DNA of 64,000 nt. Source: Enoplolaimus lenunculus (Eukaryota). Every line of letters begins with the position of its first letter. Position 1 is the stretch's first letter. Location of the stretch: the NCBI GenBank assembly GCA_030248215.1, contig JASANG010002922.1, positions 372,001-436,000 on the forward strand, in the 5' to 3' direction. The notes under the pieces were generated by a model. It worked only from the letters and a program-made list of their open reading frames with translations. It searched no databases and was not told the origin of the DNA. A program made the position numbers and the translations under genes. Positions 56,341-64,000 of this stretch are shown here, in pieces.

Positions 56341-56707
56341 TTCGAAATATGTCAACAGGCCTTTGCGGTGGTATTTTTTACGAAATTTATTTGATTGATT
56401 CGCCCTCTAACGTGATGGTTCAGAAATGATTGGACGGCTGAAGGGCTCTATTTAGAATATACCCTGGTGGATATCTGGCAAAACGGTTCTGCGTTTATTA
56501 GAACCAGATCAAAGCAAGGAAAACACCAATTTTTCGACTAGGAAGATTTGAAGACGATAGTGAAAGAAATGGTGGATACGCAAAAATTTGATTGGAAGTA
56601 AAAATGCCAGCTTTGCGTATGGATGTAAGAAAGATAGGTTTATTTGACACTAAGTTATTTTTAGCCAAAATACATTTGTCATTCTCAGGTTAACAATGGT
56701 AGAGTGT

Positions 56708-57058
56708 CAGGGTGCAACCAGAGGTGAAATATACTGGCGCTGGAGCCGGAGGCAACGATACTTGCCGGAGCCGGAGGTCAAGCGAAATTAGGTAGTAAAA
56801 ATGATGGTTAATTAGTTACTTTTAGATCTGCAATATGTTGTTAAGTTGCTTAATTTTACGCTAAATTTTCTGCGAAATTTCGGAAATTCTTTCCTGAAAA
56901 TTGTGACAGAAGTAAAACGAAACGCGATAAACACACAAATTTTGCAAAATTATGCAAAATTTTACTACAGAAATTGCCGAAACTTCCGGCAAATATTCTA
57001 CCGGAGGCCGATTTTCTGCCAGAGCCGGAGCCGGAGGTAGACCTCTGGTTGTTCCCTG
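56708..57058. mobile_element. hAT-like MITE (CAGGG ends), related to 22600-22837
   Basis: CAGGGTGCAACCAGAGG / CCTCTGGTTGTTCCCTG; flanks TAGAGTGT / TAAAGTGT. Confidence 0.85.
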
Positions 57059-60000
57059 TAAAGTGTGTAAATTATTTGAAAACTCTTAATTTAATATTAA
57101 AATTTACCAATTTGAAGAAATATTTATGGATTTGACCAAATATTGAAAATGCTGAAGGGTTATTTTCTGTTATATGCATTTTGGACAATGTATAGAACAC
57201 GGCTGTAACAGTAAAATAATTAGTTTCATAAGCCAAGCCTAAACCTAAATGTAAAAATGAGCTTATACCTTAGCCTAAATCTTAAAGCCTTTTAAGTTTA
57301 AGCCTGAGCAAAAAATAAACGTTCCGCCACTAGCCGTTACGAGGGCCTGCATTTTTCAGAATATTTAGGATTCTGTTGTATTTAAATGGCGAAATATTTG
57401 AAGGTGAATGCTTTGGCGAATTTTAGTCTTTTTCACACGTCTATCCGTACATGGTAGCGATAAGCAAACGCACATTTAATGAACGCGTTATAAATTGTAA
57501 ATTAACAATTTATCTTAAAGGTGAAATATCTGTGCTGTGCAAAAGTTGCATTCTAACACGGATAAAATTTTCTGCTAAAATTTTGATGGTGTGGTAGAAT
57601 CGATTTTTCATTTTTTACCTAGTGCACAAGATTGAATGTGGATGATGCATATACATTGTCACGAGTTCTCGCTGCAAAAACATTGCACGTGAAAATATGG
57701 CTAAGTTGCAGGCCGTTGGTTCGCAAAAAAACTTCGAATGCATTTATTTATCATTTTCATAAATTATGCAACATTTATAAATATATACGTTATTGAGCAT
57801 AAAAACAAATAAGTCGATATTTGGCCTTTGATGCATTTTCTGTCCAGAACTTCAAATGTTTAATTGAAGATATTACCTTTACATAAGTCAATTTGTCAAT
57901 TACAAAAGTAACTAATTGTGAACACTTGTCTAAATGGTCGCTGCATAATCTACTTGGTCCATGTTACTTTAAGAGGAGTCCAGGATTCTGGTGGGTCTAT
58001 AAAAGAGTAGGTTTAGATTCTAGATTACTTTTTTGCTTAGGCTTCGGCTTAGGCTTAGGAACTCGTGTTTGCAACACTTAAGCTTAATCTTTATGCTTAG
58101 GAATACCTTTAATCTACTATTTCATCCTTAAAAGTAACATTGACCATATACTTGTTCACCTCTAAGGAAAGGTTAAAAATATAACATTTTCAGTTGCAAT
58201 TTGGAAGTTTGCAGAGAGCTGATATAAGTTTCATTTTCAATTAAGCGATAACTTGTCTATTAGTTTTGCAGTATTGACTGTGGTCAAATGTGCATACAAA
58301 TCCCTTGAGCTGAATTGTTTGGCCAATGTAAAGAACACGACCGTATATCTAAGCCTAAGCTTAAGCAAAAAATAAGTCTAAAGGTTAAGCTTACTCAATT
58401 GCAGTCCTACATAAAAACGGTCCGCACCTGATCTATACAAGGGCCCATTGTTTTAGTATCGTTTTGCGCAGTTACATCAACCTTTTTGGATATAATTGAC
58501 TCGATACTTAGAAAATTGTACCCGTAAAATATATTAAAATACCTGTACAGACAAATTGACAGCAAATAAATATAACAATCTACGGTATGCTATCATCATT
58601 TTTAACCCTGTCATGTCTCAAAATTTACGCAGTTTTCAACCAAACTGTTCCTTCAAATCGTGAATGCAAAATAAAGCTTAATATTATATTAACCCTTGTT
58701 GCAAACCACGGAATTGTAAGTTTCGCAATAAACCTTCAAGTATGGGTATATTACGTTCGGCCCATGTTACTTTAAGGGGCGTAAATGTTTCTGGTGGGTC
58801 TATAAAAGAGTAGGTTTACATTCTAGATTACATTTTTTTGCTTAGGCTTAGGAACTCATTTTTGCAACACTTAGGCTTAGGCTCATACTTAGAAATACGC
58901 TTAAACTACTGTTCCCTTAAACTAACATTGGCCATACGTTCAATACGCTATACTCGCTGGCGGATCTAAAGGGGTCGCCCTGGCCATACCCCCAACAGAG
59001 ATGAAAACCAAAATTTTGTGTTAAAATTTAGTAATACTTTTGTATTTGGCTTCTTTCTGGTTTGGTTTGCGAGATTTTTCCACTGTTATATATCGCATTA
59101 CACCGTCAGATACTTTTATAGCCGTCACAGCTCGGAGCGCTTTATAGATCAACCTTTTTGGACATGAATGGGTTAAACAAAAACCGATACAATAAAAAAA
59201 TGAATACAGACAAATATGGTTCGTGATGCACAATGACTCGACGTACTCGTGTTATAATGTATTTGCAACACAAATCAAACTCATGGCCCGTACACAGATG
59301 AGGGGCGAAACCCATTTCTGCGGGACTGCAATCGTGTAAGCTTAAGCTTTACTATATTTTGCTTAGGCTTTAAGCTTAGACGTAGGCTTAAATTCATTCT
59401 TACGCTTAGGCTTAAGCTTAGGTCTAGACTTTGGCTTTAGGAGTATGCTTATATTACTGCTCCGGTCCTCTTCTATACATTGGCCCTCGCTGTGCACAAC
59501 CTATAAGTATGGTCAGATACGAAATAAACTAGAACACAAATCGTTATTTATTTTTAACGTACCGATAAATACTTAGCTAATAACTTTTATATGACTTTTT
59601 GGTAAAATTTCTAAAAATGAGCAAGAGCTTTTATTGACCTTGACAAAAGGCGTTTGAAAGTAAGTCGAGATTTAAATGAAGGTTCCTAAGCCTTTTATTA
59701 AAATCTGAATGTTCGTGCAGTTCGACAATGCATAAAACAGGGGCGGAACAGTATTATAAGCATATTCCTAAGTCTAAGCCTTAAGCCAACAAAATAATTA
59801 GTCTAAACCTTAGACTTACTCTATTCTAGTCCCACAGAAAAACGTTTCACCCCTGATCTTTACATGGGCCGTGCAGTCTAAGATTGGCCTTATAGATAAG
59901 CCGCTAATTAAAACACAGCAAAGTGATTTCTACAACTAAAATATCAACTTCTCAAGTGCTTCGTGAGCAGTATTTACCCGAAGATTCTTTTGACCCAAAA

Positions 60001-60139
60001 TTTGGCAACCTACAGTCCATTTGTAACCGCGTCCTTACCCTCCTAACGGTTTCCTCAGTTCGCGTTCTTGGACGGTACGCCCAGGTCCATTTTTCCAAGA
60101 CCATTCCCCTTTTAAGTTAGCCCTCTCCATTTGGAGCCT

Positions 60140-63100
60140 TTATTTTTGAAATACATCGTCGTCCATGTCAGCGAACGAATAAAACGAATGCATTAACGCA
60201 ACGGTTTGAGGTCCAACTTCCGGAACCAAGACCGGAAGCGGCGGACGTAGATTGCACACTTCCGACAAGATATGCTGGCGGCATTGATCACCGTAAAATT
60301 CTAGACTCACAACTGGACCTAAAATTATATATATAAATATATATATAAATAAATAAATATATATACATACATATATATATATATATTTAAAACAAAGTTT
60401 CCATTTGTTGATAGCTTGGCCCGCGTAATGATCAGGATCGGAACGTCTTTCTGTGGGACTGCAATAGAGTAAGCTTATACTTTGGACTAATTTGTTTTGC
60501 TTAGGCATAGATAGGCTAACGCATTGGTGTAAAATCACTCTTACGCTTAGGTTAGCGATAGCTGCGTGTGTAGAGTTCTAGAGTGAACAATACAATCTAA
60601 AAATTCTGACAACAAAAGAAATAGTTTTTTCTAAATAGCGACTTTAAGAATAGCTCTATCAAAAAGATATCGCATAATAATTGCACGTCCAAATTTGAAT
60701 TTTTTTAAAAATTGATTTGTCACTGTCTTAGACCTTAGGCGCCATGCCCCAGTTCCGCCTCTAGGCGAAATCTGCTGTATGGCAGTTTCGCGGCGATATG
60801 CGGTGCCAATAAATGTAGTAACATGAGTTAAACATAAATAAAGACGCTGCTTACCCAGGCCCGTACCTCCGGCTTCGTCTCCGGTCGGATATTACAATAT
60901 CCGGCCTTTGCATATCCGGTCACACGCTGGCAGCCAGATCATATTGCTAGGGGGCTACAAATTTTCAGAAGGGGCATGCATGGGTTCCAATGACTTACAA
61001 GCAAGCTTGAAAATTTTCCTGGGATGGGTCCAAATTTATCGAGCGTGGGCTGAGCCCTCCACTGGCCCCCTTGGCAACGGACCAGTTAGCTTACCTCGTT
61101 TAACGGCATTGTTGTACACTTTGGAATATGTGACTCGTTCAGCGTCTGATGCAGACATTGTAACTTCTGCCGTTCGGACAAGTCTTATATCCTGCAAAAA
61201 CCAACCGATACAAACAAGAGTGGATAATCGCTATTTAGCAAGAGTGTGCAACTGGGGACATTCTGTGTAGAAAGAATATACCCGGCACGCGTTGCGTTTT
61301 CGCCCTACCCAACACCCGGTGGTACATTTTGTACCGTGCGGGACCCCATGAGTTGCATACACTTGTCATTATCCACTGTTGATGTCAACTAAAAAAATTA
61401 AATTTTTGATAAAAGTATGCCTGTCACTGAAAAGTAGACAACCAATGCGCCGTTCGAAGTCTTACTCCATCCCCAGGTTAAAGGTGTCTTTAAGCATAAA
61501 ATTCTGTAGACAGGGGATGACGATTATTAAGCAACGTTAATTTCTTCGAAATAAAGGCTTAGGAATATGCTCATTTTTACGCTTAGGCTTAGGCTTAGAC
61601 TTAGGCTTAGACTTTTGTAATATGCTTCTAATACTGTTCCGCCCCTGTTCTTTACATTGGCCCATCTGCCGAGACCAGAGATAGTTCGAGTTCGAGTAAA
61701 CCGTCTTACTTTCATTTGAAGTGCACGTATCAGTGCGATGATTGGTTCGCGGACGTTTCTAGGGCTCGAGTTTGAAAACCCATTGCTCGCTGGGGTGAAA
61801 ATGAGCAAAAAACCGATTGACTCAAGTGGCGCATTGCGGTAAAGCGTTGGACACGTGAGTGGAATTAAACTTTTCTGGGACGAAATCGATACCACAGGGC
61901 AGTTGGGAACGGTGTCCAATTCGGCGAGCGAGATATAGTCGGTGACTGATGAAGTCTGAAACGTCAATTTCGGGTACTAAAGAAAACTTAGCTTTGAAGT
62001 CCTAAAAATGGTTTGAACTGGCGCAAGAATTAGCGGATCTAAAAACCCTCTTACTTCTATTCAACTCTTGTCACATTAAGTAGCCTATGAGCAATTTAGT
62101 GCAAACTGTGTGCGCAAAACTGTAGACAATTCGCAGTGGGTAACACAATTACTACTACGTATATGCAGCACAAAATTTTTACAAGTGGTAAGAGCGCATT
62201 CGAGTTCAAGGGTTAAGCTTCCATTGCTGGATTGTGTTAAACTGCTACCACCTACGAGTCCCAGGTTCGAATCCTTGCTCAATTATAAGTCTCAGATCAA
62301 ATAAAAAAATATTCATGTAAGAAAGCGTTAACTTGATGAATCTTCAATTTTGAACGATCCTGATATTTCTTTGCTGAGTGTATTCGGTTATTGTAAATTG
62401 ATAAAATTGCTGATTTTCGTGTTTTCGTTGAGCAAAATGATAATTTCTAACAATCAATATCACTGCCTCAAAGGGTTCAGCCCGCCTGGCTACAATGCAG
62501 GGTCTCGTGCTCCACGCCCTTCCAAAACTACCCCCAACATTATGAAAACTAACCGGTGGCATTATATTATAATGCTCTTTGGAAGGTCGGCGAGATGTGC
62601 TAGAACAGGTTCCGGTCACGCTTACGGTCGAGTTTTTGCTCGAAACCGGCGATTGCGGACTCTGATCATAACAACTCCACCATCGATTATTGAATATGCT
62701 CAGACGGCAATCAGCAAATTGTTCTAAATATTGAAAATATTTCTTGGCCCATATTCTCAAATGTATGTAGCATCTGTCAACCAGTTGCCAATAGGTCCTG
62801 TAAACTTCTAAACCAGCCAATAGAGAGCTTCAAAATTTGTCACGGCACCTGATTTGCAGGGCATGTAGCCGAGTAGCAAAAGTGGACTATTTGTAGTTTG
62901 GAATAAACCACTTTTATGCCAGAATCGCTTCATCTATATTATTAAAGCTGGAACGACTCATATACGTATTTTAGGCAGCGTTTATTTTTTAAGGTTGCAA
63001 ATTTACAACCACGTTGACTGGTTAATATTAAAAGAGACGAAAAACATCAGTTGATCTGGCGAGATTGTAGAAACAAATTGTTATTTTCGAGAAATTTCAT

Positions 63101-63870
63101 TTTACCTGACCGTTTCTGATAAACATTACAAAAACGTGCATGCACCTCGACGTTAATCAATGATCTATGTTTAAAGTTAAAAATTACATTAATACTATGA
63201 AACTGCTGTTTTCAAAATAAAAGGCGGAACAACGTAGACAATCGTTGCCGAAAAATTGTTAAACTGCATATATGTTTGCTTACACTGGCCGATGTAAAGA
63301 TCAGCGGCGGAACGTTTTTCTGTGGGACTGCAATAGAGTAAGCTTAAGGTTTAGACCAATTTTAATGCCTGGTTTAAGGCTTAGGCTTTAGGCTTAGGCT
63401 TAGGATTAAGGTCATTTTTACGCTTAGGCTTAGGCTTAGACTTAGGCTTAGGCTTCGGAATGCGCTTATAATACGGTTCCGCCCCTGTTCTTTACATTGG
63501 CCGTACACTTCGAAGTATGTGTATTGAATTCCACCAGGCGGATATGGCTTATACTCTTCTTTTTGAGGAAAAAAACCAGCTGCGATCCGGGTGGACACTA
63601 TTTCTCGGGGACACTATTTGAAGCCCAATCCAAGCTAAAGTATCTGAAACCACCGTTACTATTAATACAGAACAAAACAAAATTCAGCTGAACTCACGTT
63701 TAAGCTGAGGATAATTGAGTTGAAGGCAAGCGAAATTAATCTGAGTCGAATGAACAATGACCGGCTCCAGTGTTGAGTGTAGAAATATTGTTAGCGTTGC
63801 GCAACTTTCGGACCAAAATTGATTGCACATTGCAGCAAATTGGCAACTTGTGCAGTTGGTTGCAAGAACA
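60140..63870 (-). CDS. RP2: RP2/XRP2 homologue (TBCC beta-helix plus NDK-like domain); 5' exons lie beyond the window
   Basis: Exons 63870-63698, 62723-62626, 61976-61710, 61191-61095 and 60318-60140 join in phase. Motifs LSIFNNRW, KSLIPLT, LVRTAEVTMSASDAERV, GPVVSLEFYGD and SFYSFADM match the recalled RP2 motifs LSIFNNTW, RSIVPIS, LVQTKEVSMKAEDAQRV, GPVIALEFNGD and SFYNFADI. Confidence 0.9.
63287..63502 (+). mobile_element. Telomeric-repeat MITE, subfamily A
   Basis: GGCCGATGTAAAGATCAG...CTGTTCTTTACATTGGCC with an internal TTAGGC array. Confidence 0.88.
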
Positions 63871-64000
63871 CTGAAATTAAACGTAACAAAGTAAAGTGTT
63901 TATAAAATATTCAGTTATATCACGGGTGAAAAAAAAAAGAGGAAGTATGAGATGTATGAAAAATTTACGTACCCAGTGGCCTACAAGAAGAATAAATGGT

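Noticed and set aside
55077..56355. Antisense ORFs over the TWK exon
   Set aside because: Shadow ORFs of a long coding exon.

Overview
AT-rich, intron-rich eukaryotic DNA, very probably from a nematode: it has TTAGGC telomere-type repeats, TTTCAG-type splice acceptors and a MIG-18-like fibronectin-type-I repeat protein. I assembled eight multi-exon gene models by hand from GT-AG boundaries and reading phase: an HP1/CBX chromo plus chromo-shadow gene (-, 3' end outside the window), an LRR-like gene carrying a transposon insertion (+), an orphan secreted protein (+), a MIG-18-like secreted protein (-), an INTS12-like gene (-), RNase T2 (+), an atypical two-pore K+ channel (+) and an RP2/XRP2 homologue (-, 5' end outside the window). 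Introns and intergenic DNA are packed with non-autonomous DNA transposons (MITEs). The most striking observations are: (1) roughly 35 copies of a GGCC-ended, 8-bp-TSD (Merlin-like) MITE whose cargo is oriented telomeric (TTAGGC)n; (2) a CACTG...CAGTG MITE whose own ends supply a donor and an acceptor, so it could be spliced in frame out of a coding exon (introner-like); (3) an RP2 with Trp at the arginine-finger position; (4) a K2P channel with no K+ filter motif in its second pore loop and a tail of LC8-type TQ motifs. All family assignments come from recalled motifs, not database searches, and all splicing is predicted, not observed.
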